NCBI GenBank assembly: GCA_963845145.1
Contig: CAWJQU010000002.1
Coordinates: 320,001 to 384,000, forward strand
From: an uncultured delta proteobacterium
Lineage (GTDB): Bacteria; Desulfobacterota; Desulfobacteria; Desulfobacterales; QNYZ01
Direction of reading: 5' to 3'
DNA length: 64,000 nt
Shown here: positions 47,197 through 58,601 of the stretch, piece by piece
How the letters are laid out: every line of letters starts with the position of its first letter
How positions within the stretch are numbered: position 1 is the stretch's first letter
Made by a program: the position numbers and the translations under genes
The notes under the pieces: model-generated
Database searches by the model: none
The model's input: only the letters and a program-made list of their open reading frames with translations
Told to the model about the DNA's origin: nothing

Positions 47197-48027
47197 ATGA
47201 CCGATGACCAACAATCCCCTAATACCACGAATTCATGGCGTTTATGGCTGTACGAAACCATTTTTGAAACCGAAACCTTTGCCGGCCGGTGGTTCGACAT
47301 CCTTCTCATTCTTAGTATTATCCTCAGCGTTATCGCGGTTATGCTCGATAGTGTTGGTTCCATTCGGGTCCAATGGGGGCGCACTTTATACGTTCTCGAA
47401 TGGGCTTTTACGCTGTTCTTTACCGTCGAATATTTGCTGCGCCTGATCTCCATTGGCCGGCCGCGCAAATATGCCACCAGCTTCTGGGGGATTATCGATC
47501 TTTTAGCCATTATTCCAACGTATATCAGCCTGGTCATCCCCCATAGTAAATTTCTGCTGGTGATCCGGATTATTCGAATGTTGAGGATATTCCGTGTTTT
47601 AAAATTGCTGCGTTACATGGGCGAGGCCCAGCAATTGCGGGCTGCGATCCAGGCCAGCCGCCACAAAATCGTCGTCTTCCTTTTCGCGGTGTTAGCCCTG
47701 GTCATCATCATCGGATCGATCATGTATATCGTTGAGGGCGAAAAAAACGGCTTTACCAGTATTCCTCGCAGTATTTACTGGTCGATCGTCACCCTGACCA
47801 CCGTCGGCTACGGCGACATCTCGCCCAAAACCGACCTGGGCCAGATGCTGGCGGCTTTGGTTATGATGCTGGGCTATTGTATCCTGGCCGTCCCCACCGG
47901 CATCGTGACGGTAGAAATGACACAAGTCATGAAAAACAAGGCCACCGATCAGGCCTGCCCCGATTGCAGTGCCCAGGGACACGATCTTGACGCCCACCAC
48001 TGTAAGTACTGCGGTGCCAGGCTGTAA
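47197..48027 (+). CDS. Voltage-gated-type (6TM) potassium channel with C-terminal zinc ribbon
   Basis: S4 RIIRMLRIFRVLK, selectivity filter TTVGYGD, CPDC...CKYC. Confidence 0.92.
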   Translation: MTDDQQSPNTTNSWRLWLYETIFETETFAGRWFDILLILSIILSVIAVMLDSVGSIRVQWGRTLYVLEWAFTLFFTVEYLLRLISIGRPRKYATSFWGIIDLLAIIPTYISLVIPHSKFLLVIRIIRMLRIFRVLKLLRYMGEAQQLRAAIQASRHKIVVFLFAVLALVIIIGSIMYIVEGEKNGFTSIPRSIYWSIVTLTTVGYGDISPKTDLGQMLAALVMMLGYCILAVPTGIVTVEMTQVMKNKATDQACPDCSAQGHDLDAHHCKYCGARL

Positions 48028-48477
48028 TATTTCCTGCATCCCCATTTTTTAAATAATTGAACAGCGTTTTTATCGCATGCTGACTGAAGATTTTACTGCT
48101 CTTTTGGATGTGGTTCAAGTCATGGGTGTGAAGCGATAGATCACATAATCGAAATTATAAAAAAGGTCATAGGAAGCTTAATAGAAATAGCACTTAAAAT
48201 CGGTTGGTCGTTTTTTTAGCGACACATAGTACAATTAAAAGATTTCCTTTCCCATCTTGATGATTATCACAGTAGTTCAAATTGCCTGAATAGCAGATCC
48301 TTGATGATCTATGGTAAAGATTATCAAAGGTATGAGCACTTCTGCGATACGAAGAAATGATCTCAGATGCAGAATAAGAGGTTTATTAGATTGGATTTCC
48401 AAATGCACAGTCACTTGCAATGATTGATGGTGGCTCGCGATCTAAACAAAATAAACGGGTGAAAAAGTATAGACTTA

Positions 48478-48660
48478 TCATGAGCTATCTGCCGTCTGAG
48501 CCCTTAAAAAAGCATCCAGCGCCTCAATCATCACACCCGTGACCGTATTGCCGTTTTCATTCGCATATTTTTCAGTGCGTTCCACAAGCCGGCAGGGTAT
48601 CTGCATCGTTATTAGCTGGGTGTCGTCTGTACAGATAATAGGTTCGCACTGGTCGTCCAT
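48478..48660 (-). CDS. Small hypothetical protein, possibly ribbon-helix-helix
   Basis: AAGGGG RBS; beta-alpha-alpha-like pattern ITMQIP..LVERTEKYA...TVTGVMIEALDAFL. Confidence 0.45.
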   Translation of the reverse strand: MDDQCEPIICTDDTQLITMQIPCRLVERTEKYANENGNTVTGVMIEALDAFLRAQTADSS

Positions 48661-48879
48661 GAGGCCCCTTTCGAGTTGAGGGTTATTTTATTACAACCAT
48701 CTACGATGTCATGCGTGACAGAATTTTGTTTAATCGATTACAGATATCTACTTTTGGTCTGAAACGATTTTACCTCAATTATATTATATAATTAGGGTTG
48801 ACTTGACAACAGGCATTTGGATATCTTTAATTTTGCGAATATGGGAATTATCTCAATACATCGCCACGCCACCGATTTA

Positions 48880-49374
48880 TCAGATATATTCATTTCCAGT
48901 CTTAGCTTGCCTCCCTGTCGCGGGACCAGCGCTAACGCCTGCTGAGGCTCCCTCGGTACCTATTTTGGCTTGGGCGCCGGCCGTTATCGCGACTGCAGAT
49001 GCTGTAGCATCAAACTCAAAGTCACCTCTGGTAAAATCATCGTAAGCACGTTTGTCCTGAAAAAAAATGATCTCGCTAAACACTTGGCCACCTAGTTGAA
49101 AACCTATGGTCGCTTTGAATAGCTCAACTGCACCGGTTATTTTACCATTCTCATACACCTGACCTTTGCCATAAGAACCGCCAATACCTATGCCACCCTT
49201 GCCAATATTCGGGAAAACAGCATATCCATAAGAACTATTTAAAAATTCCTGGACAGCTGACGATTTCTTAAATATTTAAATTGTCTCAGAATAGTAGCTG
49301 GCCTGAGCGAATGTAGAAAAAGAAAACACCAAAATAACCATTATCAATATGTTAAAACGACGATAAGTTCTCAT
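48880..49374 (-). pseudogene. Ysc84/SYLF lipid-binding domain protein pseudogene
   Basis: Signal peptide from ATG 49374, in-frame TAA at 49276-49278, then GYAVFPNIGKGGIGIGG...GFQLGGQVFSEIIFF; C-terminal strands appear truncated. Confidence 0.8.
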
Positions 49375-49615
49375 CAATGAAAATCCTTTCCGGTCCACAG
49401 TTTTTTAAACGATTCAGAATGATGGCAACAAGACGAACTTAAACCTATCGAATGTTTCTGTGGCTTCAGATATAGTTAACCCTTATTTGATAGGCAATCC
49501 TGAAGAGATAGCCTTTTTACAAACTGTGTTTACTGGAATAAATCCAAAGATTGCAAGGGCCGCAAGTAACAAAAGAAACACCACCTCTTTAATCGGTTCG
49601 CGGAGATAAAAATAG

Positions 49616-49642
49616 AGGAGTTTGGAATGGTCCCAAACTCCT
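49616..49642 (-). terminator. Intrinsic terminator of the fasciclin gene
   Basis: 10-bp stem AGGAGTTTGG/CCAAACTCCT followed on the minus strand by CTATTTTT. Confidence 0.6.
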
Positions 49643-49666
49643 ATGAAGCCTCATCTATAAGTCCGA

Positions 49667-50158
49667 TTATTTCGGAATAATAACGGTGTCAATCACATGA
49701 ATAACACCGTTGGTTGTCTCGATATCGGTTTTAACAACTTTAGCGTTGTCAACGAATACAGAACCGTCTTTTTGGCTGATCATAAATTTTTGACCGTTCA
49801 CCGTCGGAGCCGAGTCTAAAGCCACAGCATCCGCGGCCATCACTTTACCAGGAACCACATGATAGGTCAAAATCGCCTGAAGTTTTTCCTTATTTTCAGG
49901 TTTGAGTAGATCTTCGACAGTGCCCTTGGGAAGCTTGGCAAAAGCATCATCCGTAGGCGCAAAAACTGTGAACGGTCCGGTTCCTTTTAGTGTTTCAACC
50001 AAACCCGCAGCTTTAACCGCAGTAACAAGGGTGTTGAACGATCCAGCAGAAACAGCCGTGTCTACAATATCCATTTTTGCGCCGTGGCTACCAGCATGGG
50101 CGTACGTTACCAGGCCAAAAAAAAGAAGAATAATAATAAATTTAGAATTTTTAAGCAT
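49667..50158 (-). CDS. Secreted fasciclin (FAS1) domain protein
   Basis: Signal peptide, [33 protein letters not shown]. Confidence 0.95.
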   Translation of the reverse strand: MLKNSKFIIILLFFGLVTYAHAGSHGAKMDIVDTAVSAGSFNTLVTAVKAAGLVETLKGTGPFTVFAPTDDAFAKLPKGTVEDLLKPENKEKLQAILTYHVVPGKVMAADAVALDSAPTVNGQKFMISQKDGSVFVDNAKVVKTDIETTNGVIHVIDTVIIPK

Positions 50159-50745
50159 TTTAAACTCCTAATTTAAAAAAATCGATTAAATGGCCAGTCG
50201 TTTATCGTCCAGCCACTGTTAAATGAATCAGTCAATAACGCTCACATTTTTGGCAACCTGATTGTCGTTTAAAAGGTTGCTGTACATCATTAAGTTTCTC
50301 ACGATTATCTGTTTCGCAATATTAGAAGAATAATAGGATAATGAGAGTCTATTTATATAGACTGTTTTTCTGCCTTCGATATTCGATAGAGGTTTTAATG
50401 CGGAAAATCAATTTCAATGAATAAAAATAAATCTTATGTCCCGGCTATCCTTATAGAAACCATTATATACGGGTCAGATACTAACCGCGAGGGGAGGTGG
50501 TTTCGTTAAAAATGGGTTTTCCGCTGATTTAGAGCTAGTCGTGCGCTTGAGGCAACCTGAAAGGGTATGGATTGCATGTTCTCAATATTTTTTATGATAG
50601 GTATTGCCTATTATCGAGCTATCGTTCTTTCATTATTGGCGTTCATTATTTTATGTTTAATTTTAGATTAGGTTAGGGACTAATAATTTTTACGCCCATT
50701 TTTGAAAAATTAAATTGTTCGTTAATCTTAGAAGGAGGTATCAAA

Positions 50746-51291
50746 ATGGTTAAAATTAAGAGTGCATTAGTAAGTTTGGGAATGGTTGTATTTTTGGTAC
50801 TGTCACTAGTGGCCTGTGGCTCAGATGATGATGACCACGTTGATGAAATGGGAATGGACATCGTCGACACTGCAGTTGCTAATGGAAACTTTAACACTTT
50901 GGTAGCAGCTATCCAGGCTGCTGGGCTTGAGCAGACTTTGAGAGGCCCTGGGCCATTTACAGTTTTCGCTCCCACAGACAATGCTTTTGATGCGCTGCCT
51001 GCCGGTACTGTCGATTTTCTGCTTCAGCCGGAGAACCAGGATGTCTTGACCGATATTCTCACCTACCATGTGTCTGCGGACTCTCTGCTGGCCACCGATG
51101 TTATCGCCAGAGATGGTATGAGTATCCCTATGGTCAATGGCGGATTGCTGAACATTGATGTCGTCGGTGGTAGCGTGGTGCTTAATCAAGATGGAAACCG
51201 TGCGGCTACCGTCACGGTAACAGATGTGCTGGCGTCTAATGGTGTGATTCATGTGATCGATATGGTGCTGGATCCGGGTGACTCTTTGTAA
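50746..51291 (+). CDS. Fasciclin (FAS1) domain lipoprotein
   Basis: Lipobox [31 protein letters not shown]. Confidence 0.93.
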   Translation: MVKIKSALVSLGMVVFLVLSLVACGSDDDDHVDEMGMDIVDTAVANGNFNTLVAAIQAAGLEQTLRGPGPFTVFAPTDNAFDALPAGTVDFLLQPENQDVLTDILTYHVSADSLLATDVIARDGMSIPMVNGGLLNIDVVGGSVVLNQDGNRAATVTVTDVLASNGVIHVIDMVLDPGDSL

Positions 51292-51430
51292 GGAATTTTA
51301 TAAGGTATTTTATCATCACAAAACACTATCACACGTATAAAATTCGTTTTAATATTTTTTTGTTGCTATCCAGTCAATTTATATTATGATATTTGTTATC
51401 GATACAAACACAGAAAAACGGAGAAATAGA

Positions 51431-52363
51431 ATGCAAAAAAAGATTCTGCTGGCTGTCGACAATACGCGCCCGTCGCTAAGAGCGATCCATTACGCTGTTC
51501 AGCTGTCTTCTGTTGTCAACAAATTACATTATGTCTTTATTCACATTCAGCCGATGATTTCCGATTACCTGCAGGAAGAGGTAAGTAAGAGTGCATCGGC
51601 ACGAAGGCAGCTGGAAACGGTTCTAAAAAAGAACGATCATTTTGCGAGAAAGCTTCTCGATGACCATCGAAACGAGATGGAAAACAAGGGAATTGCTCCT
51701 GATCGAATCGAATGCGTCACCCAAAAAAGAAATTTGGGATATGCAAAAGATATTATAGATTACGCACAGAAGGAGCGTTATGACACGATTGTGGTCGGCC
51801 GCAGGGGGTTGTCCGGCCTTGTCAAAATGTATGCTGGCAGCGTCACGACCAACATACTGGAGCAGTCGCAGGTTATTCCAGTCTGGTTGGTCGATGGTGA
51901 AGGAGCCTCAAGCGAGATCTTGATGGCTATAGACGGTTCTGAGGCCTCCCTGCGTGCCGTCGACCATGTCAGTTTCATTCTGTCCGGCAATTCCGACATC
52001 CGCCTGACCCTCTTGCATGTCACGAGCCATGCCCGCAATTATTGCGAAATCGATCTGGAGGAGCAACCCGATCCGGAACTGGAAAAAATCGTGGCTCGCG
52101 GGGACAAGGCGTGTATCGACCAGTTTTATCCTCATGCGATTAAGAAGTTCAAAGACGCCGGGATTTCTGAAGACCAAATTAAAATAGAAACCGTCGATGG
52201 CAGAAGGCGGGTCGGCAAGGCGATTCTCGATTTCGCCCAAAACGGAAATTACGGCACCGTGGTAATCGGCAGACGGGGTGCTAACAAGTCCTTTTTTATG
52301 GGCAGTGTTTCCCGTTACCTGATTAACAAGATTTCAAACATGGCGCTTTGGGTAGTTCCTTAG
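51431..52363 (+). CDS. Tandem-domain universal stress protein
   Basis: KILLAVD...VVGRRG...GSVT and ILMAIDGS...VIGRRG...GSVS; start moved to ATG 51431. Confidence 0.92.
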   Translation: MQKKILLAVDNTRPSLRAIHYAVQLSSVVNKLHYVFIHIQPMISDYLQEEVSKSASARRQLETVLKKNDHFARKLLDDHRNEMENKGIAPDRIECVTQKRNLGYAKDIIDYAQKERYDTIVVGRRGLSGLVKMYAGSVTTNILEQSQVIPVWLVDGEGASSEILMAIDGSEASLRAVDHVSFILSGNSDIRLTLLHVTSHARNYCEIDLEEQPDPELEKIVARGDKACIDQFYPHAIKKFKDAGISEDQIKIETVDGRRRVGKAILDFAQNGNYGTVVIGRRGANKSFFMGSVSRYLINKISNMALWVVP

Positions 52364-52404
52364 AGCCCTAACCTAGCCCTCCTCCTCGGACGCTTAACAG
52401 AGGT

Positions 52405-52735
52405 ATGACCAATGACCAAACCTATCGTCACCATCGAGCTCCCCAGACCATGGCAGTGAATAAAGACAGCGTTTTGCCCGGTGTTCAACTGTTGGCTTCA
52501 TTGGTCAAACATGTCATCATCGGTGCCCATCAAGGCCGGTTTGGGCCACAGTATCTACAAAACTATCTGGATGGATATCTTTTCAGGTTCAATTACAAAA
52601 CATCCCGTTCCGTTGGGAAAAAGTTCATGGGAATCGTACGACAGGTTGTCCGTTCTTCAAAAATTATTTACTATTAAGTAAGACTCCAGGCCTCCGCTCC
52701 TTTTGAGTTCTGACTTGGGCTTTATGGATAACCAG
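52405..52735 (+). mobile_element. IS1595 family transposase 3' remnant
   Basis: VLPGVQLLASLVK...GAHQG...YLQNYLDGYLFRFN resembles the IS1595/ISXO2 C-terminal motif; 5' part absent; right boundary approximate. Confidence 0.7.
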
Positions 52736-52781
52736 GTAATAAATATTTTCCGATTATGAAATTATCGAATGGAGAAAGCAC

Positions 52782-53336
52782 ATGCGAGATATCAAAGTCA
52801 AAGAAATAATGATTCCGATTGACCGATATGTAAGGGTAACTGAAGAAGATGGATTGATGGATGTCATTCAGGCTCTGGAAAATTCAAAGACTACAGAAAA
52901 AGAGCACGCCCACAGAGATGCCATCGTAATGGACCGGAATGGAAATTTTATTGGAAAAGTTACCATGGTCGATGTTTTCAGGGCTCTACAGCCAAATTAT
53001 CAGAAGGTCAATGTGGATGATATTGTAGCAGGTGGACATGGTGAGCTGAACAAAGAAGTGCTGATGAATATCTTAAATGATTTCGACCTTTGGGTAGAAC
53101 CTACAGAAGACATTTGTAAAAGAGGGGAAGCAAAAAAGGTTTCCGAGATAATGCATATACCCACAGATGCAGAGTATATACAGGAAGAAGACAGTATTGA
53201 AAAAGCACTTCACCTCTATGTCATGGGGGCTCACCAGCCCCTCATTGTTCAGAGGGAGAACGTCGTAACCGGTGCGCTCCGTTTTGGCGATATTTTTGAA
53301 ATTATACGAAAGAACCTGTTGGCCTGCGCAATATAA
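52782..53336 (+). CDS. CBS domain pair protein
   Basis: VKEIMIP...FIGKVTMVDV and VSEIM...VTGALRFGDI; GGAG RBS. Confidence 0.85.
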   Translation: MRDIKVKEIMIPIDRYVRVTEEDGLMDVIQALENSKTTEKEHAHRDAIVMDRNGNFIGKVTMVDVFRALQPNYQKVNVDDIVAGGHGELNKEVLMNILNDFDLWVEPTEDICKRGEAKKVSEIMHIPTDAEYIQEEDSIEKALHLYVMGAHQPLIVQRENVVTGALRFGDIFEIIRKNLLACAI

Positions 53337-53607
53337 ATACCCACCGGGTAGAGCCAGCCGGTGGATGTTCGGTTTCTTTTTCTACCCCTGTAAAACGAAT
53401 CATCCGGATCATCATAACCGCAGCCAGGCATCTCATTGTGTTTCTGCAGGGGATGATGAACGGGTTCGATCGTCCTTTGAGAGTGTGTTTTTTTCTTTTG
53501 GCCTGCTCAGGTCACAACTGTACGGTTACGAAATACGCTTTTTTTATGAATTACAGATGTTTATTTCTGTGGATGGACAATAGCTTGTTTATGGAGGGCA
53601 TCCAAAT

Positions 53608-55212
53608 ATGGATCCATTATGGATTGTGGCCGCATTTATCTTCGGAGCCGCTTCCAGCAGAATCGGCCTGCCGCCCCTTGTGGGGTACCTGGTTGCCGGG
53701 TTTGTCCTTAACGGGTTTGGCATTGAGGGCAGCGATACGCTAGGAAAGATTGCCGACACTGGTGTCACGCTGCTCCTGTTTACTATCGGCCTGAAACTGA
53801 AGTTGAAGAGTCTTGCCAAACCTGAAGTGTGGGCCGGTGCAACGATCCATATGCTCATCACCGTCGCCGTCTTCGTGGCAGGTATCTGGATTCTTGGTGT
53901 GGCGGGAATGTCCTACTTTCATCTTCTAGATTGGCAGACCACGATACTGATCGCGTTCGCTTTGAGTTTTTCGAGTACGGTTTTTGCGGTAAAAGTGCTC
54001 GAGGAAAAGAAAGAGATGGCGTCCCGCCACGCCGCTACTGCAATCGGTATCCTGATCATGCAGGACATTATCGCGGTTATCTTTCTATCGGCCTCTGCCG
54101 GGAAGGTCCCCTCCCCGTTGGCGATGGTTCTTGCAGTGTCGCTTTTTATCGTGAGACCGTTGCTGGCAAGATTGATGACCCAATGCGGACACGGCGAGCT
54201 GCTGATGCTGTTCGGGATACTGATGACCGCTGCCGGGTACAGTATCTTCGAAATGATCGGATTAAAAGGAGATTTAGGGGCGCTTTTGTTCGGTATGCTC
54301 TTGGCCGCTCATCCCAAGGCGTCTGAATTGGCCGATAGGTTGCTCAGCTTCAAAGACCTGTTTCTGGTCGGCTTCTTTTTAAATATCGGCATCTCTGGAT
54401 CACCGACGCTGGCGGGCTTTGGAATAGCGCTTTTGCTGGCGCTGGTCATGCCGTTCAAAGTGGTCCTTTTTTTCGGCCTCCTCACGCGCTTCAAGCTGCG
54501 CGCTCGGACATCGATGCTGGCTTCACTCAGCCTGGCCAATTACAGTGAGTTCGGTCTAATTGTCGGGTCTATCTGCGTGGCCAGCGGCTGGATCAGCAGC
54601 GATTGGTTAGTGATCATCGCCATTGCGTTGTCAATTACGTTTATTTTGGCGGCGCCGTTGAATGCTGCCGCCCATACTATCTACGGCCGTGTTGCGGGTC
54701 GCCTGAAACATTTTGAAACCGCTGAACGTCTGTCTGAAGATGAACCGATAGAGACCGGGGATGCAGAGGTTGCGATTATCGGTATGGGGGGCGTGGGGAC
54801 GGCCGCTTATGACGAAATGAAGCGTCGCTACGGCGATGTAGTGATAGGTGTGGACTTCAGCGCCGAATCGGTGGAAAAACATCGAAAACTCGGGAGAAAT
54901 GTGGTTTACGGTGATGCCGGGGACAGCGATTTCTGGGAACGGGTCGATCCGGTGAAAAGCCGGGTTAATTTGGTCATGCTGGCCCTGCCTGATCCAAAAG
55001 CCGGTATATTTGCCATTCGGCAGATGCATCAGAGAGGTTACCAGGGTCAGGTCACGGCGTCGGTGCGCTACGAGGATGAAATACGCATCCTGAAACAGGA
55101 GGGAATCGATGCCGCCTACAGCTTATACACAGAAGCCGGCGTTGGATTTGCCGACCACGCGTGTACCCACATGGATCACTGCCACATCCAGGATGCCGGT
55201 CTTACCTCCTGA
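53608..55212 (+). CDS. CPA2/Kef-type cation:proton antiporter with TrkA-N domain
   Basis: LPPLVGYL, LLLFTIGL, SFSST, IMQD, SEFG; GMGGVG and YGDA. Confidence 0.9.
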   Translation: MDPLWIVAAFIFGAASSRIGLPPLVGYLVAGFVLNGFGIEGSDTLGKIADTGVTLLLFTIGLKLKLKSLAKPEVWAGATIHMLITVAVFVAGIWILGVAGMSYFHLLDWQTTILIAFALSFSSTVFAVKVLEEKKEMASRHAATAIGILIMQDIIAVIFLSASAGKVPSPLAMVLAVSLFIVRPLLARLMTQCGHGELLMLFGILMTAAGYSIFEMIGLKGDLGALLFGMLLAAHPKASELADRLLSFKDLFLVGFFLNIGISGSPTLAGFGIALLLALVMPFKVVLFFGLLTRFKLRARTSMLASLSLANYSEFGLIVGSICVASGWISSDWLVIIAIALSITFILAAPLNAAAHTIYGRVAGRLKHFETAERLSEDEPIETGDAEVAIIGMGGVGTAAYDEMKRRYGDVVIGVDFSAESVEKHRKLGRNVVYGDAGDSDFWERVDPVKSRVNLVMLALPDPKAGIFAIRQMHQRGYQGQVTASVRYEDEIRILKQEGIDAAYSLYTEAGVGFADHACTHMDHCHIQDAGLTS

Positions 55213-55699
55213 AAGGTGGGTCCGAATTATGATCTTGATAGTCACCTATAAGATACATTTCAATCGCAACCCGAAATCTTGGGTCTGTCCGTTTGTCATA
55301 TTCAGCGGCTGAGCATTCTCCAGAAACGTAATTCAACCCTAACGAAGGGAGTGACCCATGCCGGGTGTTTAATCATGATATAATTACAGCGGCTTATTGT
55401 TAGAAATTTTTTGGTTCTAAAATATTGATGATGATCAAAATCGAGAAAAACGTCATTACTTCCAGTGCAAAACAGAGATCAGGAATTAATGTGGCTTAAT
55501 ATCACAGCTGTGTTTCTGTTGGGTCTCACAGCTCCCCTCTTACCCGAATAGGATTTTTTGTTATAAGCAAATAAGTTATGCTGACTGCCAACACCACTGC
55601 TGCAATAGCTACTACTTAATCGGACGTAACCTTTTCCAATTGCGAGACCGGATTTTGGCTGGATATATGATATCTGAATGTGGCAGATTTAAATATTCC

Positions 55700-56185
55700 A
55701 TACCGCCTGATTGTGCACGAATCTTGGGGGGGTACCTCTATCGTAATAAAAATACGAGATTATTTAGATCCTTTACTCGTAAAGTTGCGGCTATTATTTT
55801 GATCATTCTGATTTTGGGCATCGGCTTTGTCGCGCTCTATTTTGGTTACGGACAGAATAAAGCGCTCTACGAATCCTATGATGGCAATCTCCACGAACTA
55901 GCAGATGTCCTGCACCAATCAATTAAAATTTTAATGTTTCCCGGAGAGGCTCCTCTAGTCGTATCGCTGTTTAATGATATTCAAGCCATCAACCCGATGT
56001 ATGACATCTCACTGTATCGTCAGAATGGGGTTGTTGCATTTTCAGATGATTCGACGATTGATACGGTCAATAGGAATCTTGGCAGGATCCGATTTCGACC
56101 GAAGGCCGCGATGCTGAAGGGCGATCCAATGAGTACTGATAATGCCAACTTTATCCGTGCGATTGAGACAGGTTGCAGAAGATAA
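55700..56185 (+). pseudogene. Truncated N-terminal TM/periplasmic sensor part of a signalling protein
   Basis: One TM (KVAAIILIILILGIGFVALYF) plus a sensor-like domain ending with no second TM or output domain; no good start codon. Confidence 0.45.
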
Positions 56186-56280
56186 CGGCACCGTTGTTTA
56201 TTCCTGGTCATCATTGCTCTCCAACCATCCCCACAACCCCATGCGCAGCGGACCGGCAGATCGCGGTTTGACTGGTTCTA

Positions 56281-57438
56281 TCATCGACCGAATCGATCCG
56301 GTGAAAACATTTTGGTATCGACTTCAGGGGAAACGTCAGCCATGAGGTCCGCAAGGATTTCTCCAAGAACGGGTGCGAACTTGAATCCGTGCCCGGCAAG
56401 CGCGGCACCATAAACGTTTTCCGATCCAGGCCTTTTTCCGAGATAAAAATGACCGTCGGATGTCATGGTATATATGCACACTTCCGAAGATATCGGGCAA
56501 TGGTGAAGGCCGGGTAGAAACCGTTCAATCATATCTTTTATGCCGTCGACCTCATCCGGAAAAACCGCTCGATCAAGCGTCATCGGATCACAATCGGCAA
56601 GTTTGTTGTGAAATGCGATCTTCATTTGAGGTGAAGGACTAATCACCGGCAGAATATAAAACTCTGTAAGGTTTTTCGGAGCCTCCAAACGCTCACGATC
56701 GGGCACCTGCCAGAAGGAGACCGGAAAATGGCCCAAGTGAAGGCTTGGATCTTCCGGAACTTCTATCCAATGCACAGGAACTCGTTTTGGCTGCAGCGGA
56801 TTTCCAGGCAAATCGAGCAGCCCGTTGGTCCAGGCGCCTGCCGATATGAGCACTCGACCGGTTTCATAAGCATTTCGCGCAGTATGAACGAGTACATGAC
56901 CATGGTCCTCCGACCACCGATTCACCGGTTCATCGAAAGCCAGATCGGCCCCCGCCTTTTCAGCCTCGGCTAAAAAGGTCTTGATGCTCAATTCCGGGAA
57001 CACGATGCCGGCCGATTTTTCCAACCCGGCGACAAATGTATCGGGCAGGGCCAGTTGCGGCCATTTTTTGCGGACTTCGGATGCGTTGAGGACCGCGTGG
57101 GGAATATCGTATGTCTGCGCACTGGCCATAAACCCTGCAACAGCAGGGCTGTCTGGTGGGCCAATGGTCAGGTTGCCAGTTTCGACGAGCAGATCCCGCC
57201 CTGAATCTCTTTCCAGTTTCCGCCATAGCTCCCAGGATTTCAGCGCCATCGGTACATAGGCGGTGCCCTCCAGATAGGCTCGGCGCACACTCCGTGAGGC
57301 GCCGTGATGACTGCCCATAGCGTGTGGGGGACGGTGTTTATCGATACCCAGGACGCGAAACCCCCTACGGGCTAATGTCATGCAAGTTGCCGAACCGGCT
57401 GTGCCTAAACCAATAATGATAAAGTCATATATGGGCAT
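56281..57438 (-). CDS. solA: N-methyl-L-tryptophan oxidase / monomeric sarcosine oxidase family
   Basis: IIGLGTAG, GSHHGASR, CIYT (covalent FAD Cys position), GHGFKF; start moved to ATG 57438. Confidence 0.85.
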   Translation of the reverse strand: MPIYDFIIIGLGTAGSATCMTLARRGFRVLGIDKHRPPHAMGSHHGASRSVRRAYLEGTAYVPMALKSWELWRKLERDSGRDLLVETGNLTIGPPDSPAVAGFMASAQTYDIPHAVLNASEVRKKWPQLALPDTFVAGLEKSAGIVFPELSIKTFLAEAEKAGADLAFDEPVNRWSEDHGHVLVHTARNAYETGRVLISAGAWTNGLLDLPGNPLQPKRVPVHWIEVPEDPSLHLGHFPVSFWQVPDRERLEAPKNLTEFYILPVISPSPQMKIAFHNKLADCDPMTLDRAVFPDEVDGIKDMIERFLPGLHHCPISSEVCIYTMTSDGHFYLGKRPGSENVYGAALAGHGFKFAPVLGEILADLMADVSPEVDTKMFSPDRFGR

Positions 57439-57876
57439 GTGGTCTCCTGACTTTCTCCGGTTAACCAGATGCGGGTAATGGTATTTCCGGGTGCTGATCC
57501 GCTGAGTGTAGCGTCCGCCGACGCTTTTTGTCAAACCGCACAATCAATGGCCGGTGGGACAATTTCCCCGTCAACATCAGTTCGCCATTTTCGAAAATAG
57601 CATCTGATCCAGTTTGCCAGCCAACGGTTTTGTGTTTGTGGCTTACCAAGATGATGCATTGTTGGGAATGATTGCGGGTAAAATTTCACCTTGCCGGAAA
57701 AGCTGGCGGATACGGTCATGGTAATGGGCATCTGTGGATTCGCACAATTTAAAATTCATGTGCATTTCAAGATCGCAGTGGGCTTGATTTCCGCTATTTA
57801 ATCCGGTAGCTTAGTTGATCTATCCACTTTTAACGATCCCCATCTTAAACCATCCATCCCAAAGGGAGGCAGTGCT

Positions 57877-58494
57877 ATGAAAAAAAGCGAAATTATTTTC
57901 ACCAAGTACAGTCCACTCATGGCAGTGGATACGAAACTGGTCGACAGCGACGGTAAACCCACCGATACGACCCGCGTCTATTCCCTCTGTCGATGTGGCG
58001 AATCAAAATTCAAGCCCATGTGCGATGGTTCCCATGCCCAGGCGGAATTTGTTGGCGAACGGGAGGATCCCAATAAACCCGCTTTGGAATATTACGAAGG
58101 CAAGGATATCACGATCGTATACGACCGTTATTTATGCATGGGAGCAGGCCACTGCGGCGAACTGGAAGCGGTGTTCGGGACCCACGATGCCCCCAAATAT
58201 GAACCGGATGCAGCGCCTGTAGCAGATATCATCGCCACCATAAAAAAATGTCCCTCCGGTGCGTTAACCTACATCCTCAACGGAAAGCATGCGAAAGAGT
58301 GGTTCAAGGAGACACGTATTTATGTCGATAAAGATGGTCCGCTCCACTGTCAGGGGGACATTGAAATGAAAGACGATCAGTCGTCGGAAACATTTCTTCC
58401 CGACGCGGACCACTATACCCTTTGCCGTTGCGGCAAGTCGAAAAAGAAACCACTGTGCGACGGATCTCACGAAAAACACGGCTTTCTGGGCTGA
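57877..58494 (+). CDS. CDGSH - divergent ferredoxin (DUF1271/Fer4_19) - CDGSH iron-sulfur protein
   Basis: LCRCGESKFKPMCDGSH, CMGAGHC...CPSGAL, LCRCGKSKKKPLCDGSH. Confidence 0.9.
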   Translation: MKKSEIIFTKYSPLMAVDTKLVDSDGKPTDTTRVYSLCRCGESKFKPMCDGSHAQAEFVGEREDPNKPALEYYEGKDITIVYDRYLCMGAGHCGELEAVFGTHDAPKYEPDAAPVADIIATIKKCPSGALTYILNGKHAKEWFKETRIYVDKDGPLHCQGDIEMKDDQSSETFLPDADHYTLCRCGKSKKKPLCDGSHEKHGFLG

Positions 58495-58601
58495 CATAAG
58501 GTGCTAAAGATCCGTTGCCACAATCGAGTATCAAACGGTTGTGCCAATCGTTTGCATGAGAGGGTGTACACGCACTTGCTCGAATACAAATAGGGAGCCC
58601 C

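Noticed and set aside
49276..49278. Stop-codon recoding (Sec/Pyl) in the SYLF gene
   Set aside because: The codon is TAA rather than TGA or TAG, and the gene is also 3'-truncated.
57461..57731. Two short overlapping minus-strand ORFs upstream of solA
   Set aside because: No recognisable motifs; could be a gene remnant but cannot be supported.
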